A DNA stretch of 64,000 nucleotides. Origin: a virus. Every line of letters starts with the position of its first letter. The stretch's first letter is position 1. Of this stretch, positions 45,182 through 54,333 are shown one piece after another. The position numbers and the translations under genes were made by a program. The DNA is taken from positions 1-64,000 of IMG/VR virus record IMGVR_UViG_3300047409_000266. One strand, written 5' to 3'. Under the pieces are notes generated by a model. It was not told the origin of the DNA. It made no database searches and saw only the letters and a program-made list of their open reading frames with translations.

Positions 45182-45381
45182 AGGTTTGCTCCGTGTATGA
45201 TGGTTACATATTTGAGGACGCACACGATGGTGAACAGAAACGAGATAAGTGCTGTGATAACTGGGGACCACGGGAAGTGGAATTCCGAAATTCCAAACAG
45301 CCACGCAAGGAAAAGTCCGAAGTTAATTCCTCCAAGGAGGGCTGAAAAAATTGCGAACACTAGAAGCGTTTCATTTGTCAT
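45178..45381 (-). CDS. two-TM small protein
   Basis: hydrophobic ORF. Confidence 0.55.
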   Translation of the reverse strand: MTNETLLVFAIFSALLGGINFGLFLAWLFGISEFHFPWSPVITALISFLFTIVCVLKYVTIIHGANL

Positions 45382-45757
45382 CGGTCACATCTCCTGGAGC
45401 CAAAGCACGCGCGATGTTCACGACACTGACGCGATTCGCCGCGCTTGGAATTTTTAGGTACGCCTCGACAAGTTCTAGCCCATGTGGAGCTTTAAGCATC
45501 CGTTCGACAAGATCAGGGGCGGCTTCTGTCGTCTTGTCACTGATGAAAAACCACTCGATAGGCTTCCCTACTGCATCGGCGGCAAGCTTAAGTCTGCCGG
45601 CGCTCATGCGATTTTGGCCGCTAACATACTTGCCAACCTGTTGGAATCTCACACCCAAAAAAGTGGCAAGCTTTACTTGGCTCATTCCGGTGCGGCGCAA
45701 TGCAAGGTCAAGCCTAGACGCTACAAGCTTATCAATTTCATTCTGGGTTCTTGGCAT
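45371..45757 (-). CDS. XRE-family HTH regulator
   Basis: GMSQVKLATFLGVRFQQVGKYVSGQNRMSAGRL...EWFF. Confidence 0.85.
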   Translation of the reverse strand: MPRTQNEIDKLVASRLDLALRRTGMSQVKLATFLGVRFQQVGKYVSGQNRMSAGRLKLAADAVGKPIEWFFISDKTTEAAPDLVERMLKAPHGLELVEAYLKIPSAANRVSVVNIARALAPGDVTDDK

Positions 45758-46031
45758 TGAGTTTTTCCTTTGCCGGGTATCGTTGCTGCTCGATCTTGGT
45801 GATGCGTTGCTGCAGACCAGTCAGAGTCAGCGTGAAATCTGCGCCTGTGATTGGATTAGGATCATTGCTGAGATCAAGAGTCCCGTCCTGTGCCAAGTTT
45901 TGAAAGCGCAGAAAGCTTTGCTCCCACCCGTTGAATTGTTCGGTGAGAAACAAAAGGCGATCCGAGTCGTCGGCGAGGCTCTCCAAATAATTATCCACCC
46001 GAGTGAGATAGCGCGCTGCGCGGTCAGACAT
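45738..46031 (-). CDS. hypothetical protein
   Basis: operon continuity. Confidence 0.5.
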   Translation of the reverse strand: MSDRAARYLTRVDNYLESLADDSDRLLFLTEQFNGWEQSFLRFQNLAQDGTLDLSNDPNPITGADFTLTLTGLQQRITKIEQQRYPAKEKLNAKNPE

Positions 46032-46284
46032 TGGGCACCTGTTCTCGAATTGCTTTGGCAATCATTTCAGCAGCAATATCTTCGCCGCGTTCTTCGGCTA
46101 CGATCTCAGCGGCTGCTTCCTCAGACATAAACTTGAATGTTTGACCGCGATCACGGCGCGTCTTGGCGGCTTTGCCTTTGTGCGCCTCCGCAATTTTGGC
46201 ACAGCGCTCCTGTTCGGCGGCGACAGCCGAGGCGATCTCGGCTTGCAAGATGGCCATGTCCACGTCATCAAGCCCTTTGCTCAT
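46024..46284 (-). CDS. hypothetical protein (EQERCAKIAE...IAKAIR motif)
   Basis: AAGGA RBS; motif common in small phage proteins. Confidence 0.55.
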   Translation of the reverse strand: MSKGLDDVDMAILQAEIASAVAAEQERCAKIAEAHKGKAAKTRRDRGQTFKFMSEEAAAEIVAEERGEDIAAEMIAKAIREQVPNV

Positions 46285-46538
46285 TTGGCTTCCTTTGCCG
46301 CCTGATGCTTGTCGCGGATATGATCGCACCGCGCGGCTTCCGAACTGAAACGACGATTGCAATCCGTGCATTTGAAGCGCTTGTCTTTTGGCTTCGATAC
46401 GCGGCCTATTTGCTCAGCTTGGCATCCAGCGCACAGTCCCGGAAAGCCTTGGCCTTCTCCGGTTTCAATGTCGCCGATGATCTCGCCGCACTGCTCGCAC
46501 ATAAAACCATCGAGCATCATTTCCGCAATTTCACCCAT
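46281..46538 (-). CDS. zinc-finger protein
   Basis: MGEIAEMMLDG..CEQCG...CAGC; C2H2-like CTDC...H...H. Confidence 0.65.
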   Translation of the reverse strand: MGEIAEMMLDGFMCEQCGEIIGDIETGEGQGFPGLCAGCQAEQIGRVSKPKDKRFKCTDCNRRFSSEAARCDHIRDKHQAAKEAK

Positions 46539-46746
46539 GATCGTCCTCCTTGCTCTGCTTCGCCAATCTTTCCGCAAGCGCCAGCGTTTCGGCGTGCGCA
46601 CGATTGTAGGCATCCTGCGGATTGATCTTCACGCCAGCATCGGCGTATCCAAGCATTTCCTGCCGCCATTTCGCGATGGCCACACGGGCCACCGCGATCT
46701 TGTCAACCTCACCAGATGACGTGAGAACTACGCGGGTATCGGTCAT
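46531..46746 (-). CDS. hypothetical protein
   Basis: operon continuity. Confidence 0.5.
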   Translation of the reverse strand: MTDTRVVLTSSGEVDKIAVARVAIAKWRQEMLGYADAGVKINPQDAYNRAHAETLALAERLAKQSKEDDHG

Positions 46747-47039
46747 CGCGCGACCTCGACTGGCGATGGCTCTTGCCAAGCTGGATCTTCTGGATCGCCC
46801 GAGTCGGCTTCCGGCATCAAATAAATGATACCGTCCCACTGTTTGAGCGCTGTGCGGATGGACTCGTCGTCAGGTTGCAGAAATAGCCCCGGCTGCATTT
46901 CGTTGAGGCTGTTTTCTACGATAGTTGCAACGGTGCCAGCGGGCACCACGCATTCTGGGAAGATGTCGTAATCTTCCGAAAATACGACGCGGGCACCGTC
47001 AGGAAGTTCGGCAAGCTTGATCCAGGATAACTGTGTCAT
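46743..47039 (-). CDS. hypothetical protein
   Basis: AAGGA RBS. Confidence 0.55.
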   Translation of the reverse strand: MTQLSWIKLAELPDGARVVFSEDYDIFPECVVPAGTVATIVENSLNEMQPGLFLQPDDESIRTALKQWDGIIYLMPEADSGDPEDPAWQEPSPVEVAR

Positions 47040-47215
47040 GGAAGTTTCCTTTCCAACAATTCTTCACAGCGTTTCTGTTGGAAGCCCAGCAGGCATTGTG
47101 CGTCGTGCAGTGCGTCGACTGGGTCCATCCGTTCAAATTGTTCAAGCATGCCGAGCAGCGCATATCGTGTTGCTGGATTGCGGCGGATCATTTCGAGGTC
47201 TGACTTGTAGGACAT
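47036..47215 (-). CDS. 59-aa hypothetical protein
   Basis: hand-translated MSYKSDLEM...; AGGAGG RBS. Confidence 0.5.
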   Translation of the reverse strand: MSYKSDLEMIRRNPATRYALLGMLEQFERMDPVDALHDAQCLLGFQQKRCEELLERKLP

Positions 47216-47224
47216 CTGATCCTC

Positions 47225-47545
47225 CTACCGCTGCATGAATTGTGAGACATCGAGGCTCTCAGTGTCCTCGAGATCGGATGGAATGAATTCACCGAGCGCG
47301 CGCCTCACGCGATCATCGTCACCATCGTACGGATCGCAACATTCAATACGATGCTCTGCGACGAATTCGCGGTCCTCACCGTAGATGCCTTTCGACACAT
47401 AGCCGCGCCAGATTTGGTAGGCTGAAAGCTTTGCGAGACGTATGAAGCCGCGGGCGTCAGAAAGTTTGGCGAAGGTGCCGGCGCTTTCGTCGGTGGTGAG
47501 GTCGACTACCTCGTATTTGTCATCGTCGTATGGGATATGGGTCAT
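47225..47545 (-). CDS. first gene of leftward early operon, hypothetical
   Basis: GGGAG RBS downstream of leftward promoter. Confidence 0.6.
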   Translation of the reverse strand: MTHIPYDDDKYEVVDLTTDESAGTFAKLSDARGFIRLAKLSAYQIWRGYVSKGIYGEDREFVAEHRIECCDPYDGDDDRVRRALGEFIPSDLEDTESLDVSQFMQR

Positions 47546-47580
47546 GCTGATGCTCCCGTTTGGGTTGCGTTTACGGAGCC

Positions 47581-47693
47581 TATTATGCAGATCGCATTTG
47601 ATGCGTCAATGCAAATCGCATATCCAATGAAAATAGGTATATAAATACCATTTATGCAATATAGATTGACAGTCTCTATGCGTTCTGCATACT
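47581..47693. promoter_or_regulatory. divergent early promoters with three ATGC-N5-GCAT operators
   Basis: operators at 47585, 47609, 47678; leftward TTGACG-16-CATAAT; rightward TTGACA-16-CATACT. Confidence 0.75.
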
Positions 47694-47700
47694 AACTGCC

Positions 47701-47910
47701 ATGTCAGAGGCTAACCCAATCCAGCCAGCAGACATCAAGGCAGCGCGCGAGCGGCTTGGGGAAACCCAAGAAGCGTTTGGGCGTCGGTTTGGTGTAGATC
47801 AGAGCACCGTCCATCGGTGGGAAACGGATGCTGCCCCTACGCGCGGCCCAGCTCGCATGGCTGTTGAGCACGTCTTGGCAGAGATCAAAGCGCAAGACAC
47901 GGCCGCCTGA
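47701..47910 (+). CDS. Cro-like HTH repressor (probably leaderless)
   Basis: IKAARERLGETQEAFGRRFGVDQSTVHRWE. Confidence 0.85.
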   Translation: MSEANPIQPADIKAARERLGETQEAFGRRFGVDQSTVHRWETDAAPTRGPARMAVEHVLAEIKAQDTAA

Positions 47911-48071
47911 TGCCAAAATCCACGCACCAACCAGAGTGCCCACGCTGTCACGTTGAACACGAAGGCAATAGACGCGGATACTGTAAGCTTTGCAGGGCCT
48001 TATACGAGGCGGCGCGACGGGCTAAGCTTCGGGCTGCGGCGGCATGTGATTATTTAAGTTTTGGCACCTAG
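47910..48071 (+). CDS. 53-aa zinc-finger-like protein
   Basis: CPRC...YCKLC; TGATG overlap. Confidence 0.45.
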   Translation: MPKSTHQPECPRCHVEHEGNRRGYCKLCRALYEAARRAKLRAAAACDYLSFGT

Positions 48072-48108
48072 TTTGCGGCAGTTTGAGCGTCTTTTGGGGG
48101 AGGCAATC

Positions 48109-48504
48109 GTGACAAAACGCTTCTACGTGTCTGCAGCGTGGATCTCTGTGCTTTTCATGCTGGCGATCGTGCTCACGTCGAAGCCGGCACTACCGGCAGA
48201 ACTTAACGGTCGCCCGTACTCGTGCCCGCGGCGGGCATGGTGCGGATGCTGGCTCGATGACTATCTTGGCACACACAACAAATCCCTTTGGGTTGCGCGT
48301 AACTGGTTGCGAATCGGTCGGCCTGTTTCGCGTCCGGCTCCCGGCGTGGTCGCCGTTTACGCTCGCGGACATGGCGGCCACGTCGGCATTGTTACAGCGG
48401 TTCCAAGGCAGGGCGTGATTGTGATGAAGTCAGGAAACGACGACGGCATGGTGCGCGAGCGCGAGCGCAGTACGGCTGGCGTCATTGGATATCGGAGACT
48501 TTGA
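48109..48504 (+). CDS. exported CHAP/NlpC-like cysteine hydrolase
   Basis: signal/TM then WCG...ARNWL..G...PGVVAVYARGHGGHVGIV...SGN. Confidence 0.7.
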   Translation: MTKRFYVSAAWISVLFMLAIVLTSKPALPAELNGRPYSCPRRAWCGCWLDDYLGTHNKSLWVARNWLRIGRPVSRPAPGVVAVYARGHGGHVGIVTAVPRQGVIVMKSGNDDGMVRERERSTAGVIGYRRL

Positions 48505-48851
48505 AAATGGGCAGTCTTAAAGATTTGTTTGGCGACACACCTTATCAGCTTTCGCCATTCGTCAAACTGGATCGCACGCCACTATCCTCGATGACGCTGC
48601 CAGAAGATATTCCGGTCAGTGTCGCAAATCTGTTCGAGGAAATCTCGTTGATGCTCTACAGGCAAGGACACAAACGGTTTTCGTCTGATGCTGTGGCGCA
48701 CAGGATGCGGTGGTTCCACAACGTCGAGCGTAATGATTCAAGCTTCAAGATCAATAATAATCACACGAGCGTTCTCGCGCGCTGGTTTCTCGCCAACCAT
48801 CCCGAGATGGCAGGGTTCTTCGAACTGAGACAATCACCGAGTAGAAATTAG
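48501..48851 (+). CDS. phage hypothetical protein
   Basis: HRMRW...FKINNN....AR.F...P...GFFELR. Confidence 0.6.
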   Translation: MKMGSLKDLFGDTPYQLSPFVKLDRTPLSSMTLPEDIPVSVANLFEEISLMLYRQGHKRFSSDAVAHRMRWFHNVERNDSSFKINNNHTSVLARWFLANHPEMAGFFELRQSPSRN

Positions 48852-48857
48852 GAGTGT

Positions 48858-49085
48858 GTGATGACCGAGAGCTTTGGCGAGACTGCTTTACCGTTTTGGA
48901 CGCAACACCAGTATGACGAAATGAATAGCAGATTTGCTCTCGCGATGGTCGAAGCGCCAGAAGGGAAATATCCTGGGCGACAAATGCGGAATGTTCTTGC
49001 CGCTGATGGCCCATTCGATACTGTGCCGAAGCGTTTTGCGGGGTACACTATCATCGCAACCGGATCATCAGCACTGGATTGGTAG
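48858..49085 (+). CDS. hypothetical protein
   Basis: AGGAG RBS. Confidence 0.5.
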   Translation: MMTESFGETALPFWTQHQYDEMNSRFALAMVEAPEGKYPGRQMRNVLAADGPFDTVPKRFAGYTIIATGSSALDW

Positions 49086-49086
49086 C

Positions 49087-49455
49087 ATGTCATTCGCCGT
49101 CAAAGCCGAAACACACGAAGGCAACATCTTCATGCTGCGCGGAGGCTTTGCAACAGAGTCCGACGCGGAAGATTATCCGGTGACACTCAAGCAGTGGAAA
49201 CGTGTTTGGGTCGAACCGGTCATTGAGGCACTGCCGCCAGAGGCTGAAGGATTTCCGCCCTTCCCGTGGGACTGGACCTCAAGCTCCGCGCCAACGGCCA
49301 ACGGCCAATTTCAAGCCTATCTTGTCGATGCAAACGGCAAGAAGATTGCCGCGATCTGGGGTGGCAAGCACAAGGCTGCGATTGCCGATCACATCTTGCG
49401 CTGCTGCAATCCTCAAGATGAGAAACAGCTAAACACCATTATTGGAGCGGGATGA
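49087..49455 (+). CDS. hypothetical protein
   Basis: operon continuity. Confidence 0.5.
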   Translation: MSFAVKAETHEGNIFMLRGGFATESDAEDYPVTLKQWKRVWVEPVIEALPPEAEGFPPFPWDWTSSSAPTANGQFQAYLVDANGKKIAAIWGGKHKAAIADHILRCCNPQDEKQLNTIIGAG

Positions 49456-49808
49456 TGGTCGATCTGCCTAATCTCAAGGACGACGAGAAGGCCACGTTCG
49501 AGCGATTGGTGAACACAGCATTACAGCGTCAGCGATGCCCTATGAACGATAGCGGAACCGGGAAGCGTTTCAAAAACCTCCCGCGGCTTGCGCGCGCCGG
49601 CTTCATACGCATTGAGATTTTCGCGCACAACTTTCGCCGCGTGACAATCTTAGTAGGGCCACACACCGGGCTCTCCACGTTGAGCCCGCGCGGCAATCAG
49701 AAGCCGTGGAAAATCATCGATATTTATGGTACGACGAACAACGGGAAGCCGGTTGCGGACGCCAGAGGTAGGCAGCAGCCGTGGGCGCCGAAGCTTTCGA
49801 GCAGATAA
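49452..49808 (+). CDS. hypothetical protein, possible winged helix
   Basis: RCPMN...LARAGFIRIEIFAHNFRRVTIL. Confidence 0.5.
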   Translation: MMVDLPNLKDDEKATFERLVNTALQRQRCPMNDSGTGKRFKNLPRLARAGFIRIEIFAHNFRRVTILVGPHTGLSTLSPRGNQKPWKIIDIYGTTNNGKPVADARGRQQPWAPKLSSR

Positions 49809-49809
49809 A

Positions 49810-50382
49810 ATGCTTAGCCATTCCAGCCAAGCGCAACGGCATGTCTTATCTGATCGAAAGGACGATCTTTATGAGACGCCATCTGCGGCGGTTTTTGCCC
49901 TGTTGAAGGCCGAGAATCTCCCACACCATATTTGGGAACCGGCTTGTGGACCTGGAAGTATTGTCTCCGCTCTGCGCGGGCGTGGCCATACCGTTTGGGC
50001 GACTGATCTTGTCGATTACGGGCTTGAGGATAGCGAAAGCGGCGTAGATTTCTTGATGGAACGACAGTCTCGAATTGACGTCGAGGCAATCGTGACAAAC
50101 CCTCCGTACAAATTAGGTGGAGAATTTGTCGAACATGCACTGGCACTGTGCCCGCGCGTCTACATGCTTTTGCGCCTAGCATTTCTCGAAAGCGAGCGCC
50201 GGTCAAATATTCTCGACGGTGGCCAGCTTGCGCGCGTCCATGTGTTCAAAAAAAGACTGCCGATGATGCACAGGCACGGGTGGCTTGGGCCACAGTCCAG
50301 CAGCAGCATAGCATTCGCGTGGTATTGCTGGGATCGCTCTCACACTGGGCCCACAGAGCTTCGACGCATTGGATGGGAATAA
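49810..50382 (+). CDS. DNA N6-adenine methyltransferase-like protein
   Basis: DLYETP...WEPACGPG...DFL...IVTNPPY. Confidence 0.8.
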   Translation: MLSHSSQAQRHVLSDRKDDLYETPSAAVFALLKAENLPHHIWEPACGPGSIVSALRGRGHTVWATDLVDYGLEDSESGVDFLMERQSRIDVEAIVTNPPYKLGGEFVEHALALCPRVYMLLRLAFLESERRSNILDGGQLARVHVFKKRLPMMHRHGWLGPQSSSSIAFAWYCWDRSHTGPTELRRIGWE

Positions 50383-50699
50383 CTGTGCTCACCCCCGCCC
50401 AGCGCATCATTTTGAACGCTGTGAATCGCTTCCGTGACCGTTGCAAGATTGAGTTGACCATCGCCGATTACAGGCTCATCGTGACCCAGATCAGAGTTGG
50501 GCGCGCGCCGATCATTGGTTTCAACATGAACCAGCAAAACACCTACCGCGTGCAGATCAGGCCAAAACTGTTTGTCGACGCAGTCTGGGATTCCGAGATC
50601 GGCTGTGTCTGCCACCTGTTTGGGCCGGCGCCGATCGCGCGTCCTAGAAGCACGGTGCATCAGATATTTCAGCTTAACCCCCGCTAGAGGCCATTACCC

Positions 50700-51260
50700 A
50701 TGAGAAAATCCAGAACCGTCTCAAAATCTACCAGCAAGCCAGCCGCGAAGGTGCCACCGACTGACGCCGAGCTCGAGGCATTGCATTGGAAGCATGTTTC
50801 GGTGTTCGAGAAGATCCTCGTAAAGAAGGATGATCTCAAGCTCGAAATCAAAGCCTTCAAGGAACTGCTCAAAAACGACGGCGATACCATGTCGGCCGTC
50901 AAATTGAGCGTGGAACTCAAGACGCCGGAAGGCCAAGCCATATTCCAGGCCCGCATTGCCGAGCACCATCGCATTGCCGAGTGGAATGGCGTGGGGATTC
51001 AGATCGACATGCCGCTTGGGGCTGGCGAGCCCAAGGATGCGGTTTTTGAGGAAGGCCGCCGTGCTGCCCTCCAGGACTTGCCGGCGCGCGCGCCAGAGCA
51101 CCACAGGCAGAAAGCGGCCGCGCGGTGGCTGGACGGATTCCACGCAGGCCGCATGAGCCTCAACACCGAGCGCCTGGGCAACGTCAAGAAGCTTGAACCG
51201 CCCAAAAAGGGCGAGGGGCTCAAGCAGCGGCTGCCCACGTTTCGGGAAGCTGCCGAATAG
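50700..51260 (+). CDS. GapR/DUF2312-like N-terminus with Rmf-like C-terminal motif
   Basis: LKLEIKAFKELLKNDG; FEEGRRAA...P.....RWLDGF. Confidence 0.45.
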   Translation: MRKSRTVSKSTSKPAAKVPPTDAELEALHWKHVSVFEKILVKKDDLKLEIKAFKELLKNDGDTMSAVKLSVELKTPEGQAIFQARIAEHHRIAEWNGVGIQIDMPLGAGEPKDAVFEEGRRAALQDLPARAPEHHRQKAAARWLDGFHAGRMSLNTERLGNVKKLEPPKKGEGLKQRLPTFREAAE

Positions 51261-51794
51261 GTGATTATCCTAGCGCTTGATCTCGCGACCGCTACTGGAT
51301 TTGCTTTCGGCGGGGACGGCGCATGCCCAGTTTCAGGGACTGTCATCCTCAAGAAGCCGCCCGAGCCACAAGATGTAGCGTTCGGGAACATGCAGGCTTG
51401 GTTGACCGAAAAGCTAGAATCGGTGCGGCCGGTGCTGATCGTCAAAGAGGCCCACCTCCCCCTGCAGGGCTTCCGGGATCGGTTTAATTCGCAAAAGTCA
51501 GTTGAGATGGCGCTGGGCCTGAACGGCGTTGTCAGGGGCATCGCACACCGGTTTGGTGTACCTGTTGAGGACATACACCCCGCCACAGTACGCAAGCATT
51601 TTCTCGGTGTCGGCCGCGTCGGCAACCGCGAGGAAACCAAGGCTGCAGTGGTGAAGCGCTGCCACATGCTCAAACTGATGCCGGCGACGTGCTTTTCGCA
51701 TGACCGCGCCGATGCCTTGGCTATATTCTCGTGGGCGGCCGCTACATACGGTAGGCGCGCGCCGCGGGAACTCGTGATGTTCGGAGAGTCCTGA
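51261..51794 (+). CDS. RuvC-like Holliday junction resolvase
   Basis: ILALDLATATG...IVKE...VRKHFLG.G...K...DRADALAI. Confidence 0.8.
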   Translation: MIILALDLATATGFAFGGDGACPVSGTVILKKPPEPQDVAFGNMQAWLTEKLESVRPVLIVKEAHLPLQGFRDRFNSQKSVEMALGLNGVVRGIAHRFGVPVEDIHPATVRKHFLGVGRVGNREETKAAVVKRCHMLKLMPATCFSHDRADALAIFSWAAATYGRRAPRELVMFGES

Positions 51795-51971
51795 TCGTTT
51801 CGGGGCCGAAACGAATCTCAACATCTAGTATGTTCTGATATCCACACCACTAGATATAGATGTTCGTTTCGCACCCGAAACGAACTGCGATTCGCTACAC
51901 CCACTACATCTAGTAGTCGCCCACCGATTAGAGACACAAGATATAGATCGATCGTTTCGCTACCGAAACAA
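51795..51971. repeat. three TCGTTTCG-N4-CGAAAC palindromes alternating with two pairs of NrdR-box-like sites
   Basis: palindromes at 51795, 51864, 51952; box cores at 51819, 51850, 51904, 51937. Confidence 0.75.
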
Positions 51972-52228
51972 GTAAATATGGCAATTAATACATTGCCTTA
52001 CTGTTGTTAGAAATTCGTTTGCAGTATCAGTTGGGATTGACAGGCTTCTGCAAATCAGTTTTACGCGCGCGCGGCCCCGGTGACGAATCGATAGGAACAG
52101 GCCACCTCACAAGAAAGTGGCCTTCAGGGAAGCAAGGGTAAGAAGTAAGGAACGACGTTTCGGTATGCTCATTTATTGCGGATTGCCGATACGGATTTTG
52201 GTTTTTTGAGCATACGGAGGGGGAACAG

Positions 52229-53737
52229 ATGGAATTGTGGCCACACCAAACTGAGGCTTTAGAGGCGCTGCGCCAGACGGTAGCGCAAGGGGTGAAGCGA
52301 ATCGTTTTGCAGGCGCCAACGGGTAGCGGAAAGACGAGGCTCGCCGCGGCGATCGTTGAGGGAGCGCAGAAGAAGGGCAACAAATTAGCGTTCGTAGTAA
52401 GTTCGATCAGCCTCATCGATCAAACCATAGAGGCGTTCGGAGAACAGGGAATCACCGGCATGGGGGTGATTCAGGCCGATCACATCATGACGGATTGGGC
52501 GCAGCCGGTGCAGATTTGCTCGGTTCAGACGCTGCATGCGCGAGAAAAGTTTCCGGATGCTCAGATCGTGGTGTTCGACGAATGCCATGTGCTGCATGAA
52601 TTTCACAAGAAGTGGCTGACAGATCCAGCGTGGCAAAGCGTGCCGTTTATCGGATTGAGTGCCACGCCATGGAGCAAGGGATTAGGCAAGTATTTTGAGA
52701 CGCTCTTGATTGCTGAAACGACGCAGGGGCTGATCGAGAAGGGATTGCTATCGAAATTCAGGGTGTTCGCCACAGGCCATCCGAATCTCTCAAAGGTGAA
52801 GATCGTTGCTGGCGATTACCACGAAGGCCAGCTTTCTGCGGCGATGCAGGAAGGCACGCTAACGGCCGATATCATCGAGACATGGAAGAAGCGTTGGGGC
52901 AAAGGCAAGACGTTCGTTTTCGGTGTCGACTGTGCCCATGCGCAAGCCCTGCAGGCGCGGTTTCAGGCCGAGGGTGTGTCTTGTGCCTACCAGGATGCGC
53001 GAACGTCCATCCTCGATCGCGCGGCCATCAAACGCCAGTTCCACAATGGTGAGGTCGACGTCATCTGCAATGTGGCAACGCTGACGGTGGGGGTGGACTA
53101 CGATGTGCGCTGCATTGTGCTGGCGCGGCCGACGCGCTCGGAGATGCTCTTTGTCCAGATTATTGGTCGAGGGCTGCGCACTGCAGAGGGGAAAAACGAG
53201 TGCATTATCCTTGATCACAGCGACACAACGGCGCGCCTGGGGTTTGTGACTGACATTCACCACGATCATCTTCACGACGGCAAGCCAGTCGAACGCGCTG
53301 AGCGCAAGCCATCGTTGCCAAAGCCTTGCCCCGTGTGCTCATGCCTAGCACCAAAGGTGAACCTGACATGCCCAAACTGCGGATACGTCTACAGGATCAT
53401 TAGCTCGTATGTTGAGGAAGATGGCGAGCTCGCGGAGATCACGGCTGGCGAGCGCTTCAAACACGGCAAGAAGCGTCACTACACGATGGCCGAGAAGGAG
53501 CGGTTCTATGCGATGCTGCTCGGGTATGTGGCTGAAAAGTCATATAAAATCGGCTGGGCAGCAATGAAATACAAGGACAAGTTTGCCGTTTTTCCCAATC
53601 ACATGAACCATGTGAGCGCGATGACGCCAGACATGGCCATGCGATCTTGGATCAAGCACAAAAATATTCAGTGGGCCAAGAGCAAGAGACGTTTAGCGGA
53701 TGAGACTGAGAAAACGCTAGGAACGCACCCACGATGA
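52229..53737 (+). CDS. SF2 DEAD/DEAH helicase with zinc finger (RadD/YejH-like)
   Basis: APTGSGKT, DECH, GLSATP, QIIGRGLR, CPVC...CPNC. Confidence 0.9.
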   Translation: MELWPHQTEALEALRQTVAQGVKRIVLQAPTGSGKTRLAAAIVEGAQKKGNKLAFVVSSISLIDQTIEAFGEQGITGMGVIQADHIMTDWAQPVQICSVQTLHAREKFPDAQIVVFDECHVLHEFHKKWLTDPAWQSVPFIGLSATPWSKGLGKYFETLLIAETTQGLIEKGLLSKFRVFATGHPNLSKVKIVAGDYHEGQLSAAMQEGTLTADIIETWKKRWGKGKTFVFGVDCAHAQALQARFQAEGVSCAYQDARTSILDRAAIKRQFHNGEVDVICNVATLTVGVDYDVRCIVLARPTRSEMLFVQIIGRGLRTAEGKNECIILDHSDTTARLGFVTDIHHDHLHDGKPVERAERKPSLPKPCPVCSCLAPKVNLTCPNCGYVYRIISSYVEEDGELAEITAGERFKHGKKRHYTMAEKERFYAMLLGYVAEKSYKIGWAAMKYKDKFAVFPNHMNHVSAMTPDMAMRSWIKHKNIQWAKSKRRLADETEKTLGTHPR

Positions 53738-54030
53738 CCGATGGCCAGCGCGATAGTCTGCTGGTTGGCTTGCGCGCCGCGCGGCGCCGGCTGCGCTATC
53801 TGGCTGATGAGATCGATGCGATCGGCCTCATGCTGTCGGCCAGCGGCCTCACGATGCAGGAGGTGCTGCAATGGATGGATTCCCTCGGCATCACGAACTA
53901 CGTTGCTGAGCTTGCCTTGCGCGCGGCCGTCGACGCGGAGGTGGAAGGTGAGGCTACATACGATCCCCACGGCTTTGCGCTTAACGGTCATCAGCACGAA
54001 CAAATCAACAGCGACGATACCGAGAACTAG
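53734..54030 (+). CDS. hypothetical protein
   Basis: ATGA overlap. Confidence 0.55.
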   Translation: MTDGQRDSLLVGLRAARRRLRYLADEIDAIGLMLSASGLTMQEVLQWMDSLGITNYVAELALRAAVDAEVEGEATYDPHGFALNGHQHEQINSDDTEN

Positions 54031-54333
54031 CTTTTCAGCACGAACCAGTTTAATCATTCCTCCCTATGTCGGAATCGTGCGGAGACGAACCGGTGTACCG
54101 GACACTAGATATTCGTGTTGAGGTGCGGCGGGTTTACGATGACGGCTCTCTGCTCATTCGCATTCCGATGCCATCAGGTGCGTGGTCGTACGTGGTGATT
54201 GACCCCAAGAATCCAGCGCACGTCTGCCTTGGCCTTCATAAGTGAAAGAATGCGTTAAGGTTTATGGCTTACCGTCAAATCTCTCAGATTTGTCTGGCCT
54301 TAAACCTCACCGCGTAAACCTCACAGGTTGTCG

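Noticed and set aside
51795-51971. CRISPR mini-array or parS sites
   Set aside because: Only three 20-bp repeats with unequal, mutually related spacers; the centre differs from parS TGTTTCACGTGAAACA
54301-54324. TAAACCTCAC direct repeat
   Set aside because: Only two 10-bp copies; insufficient evidence of function
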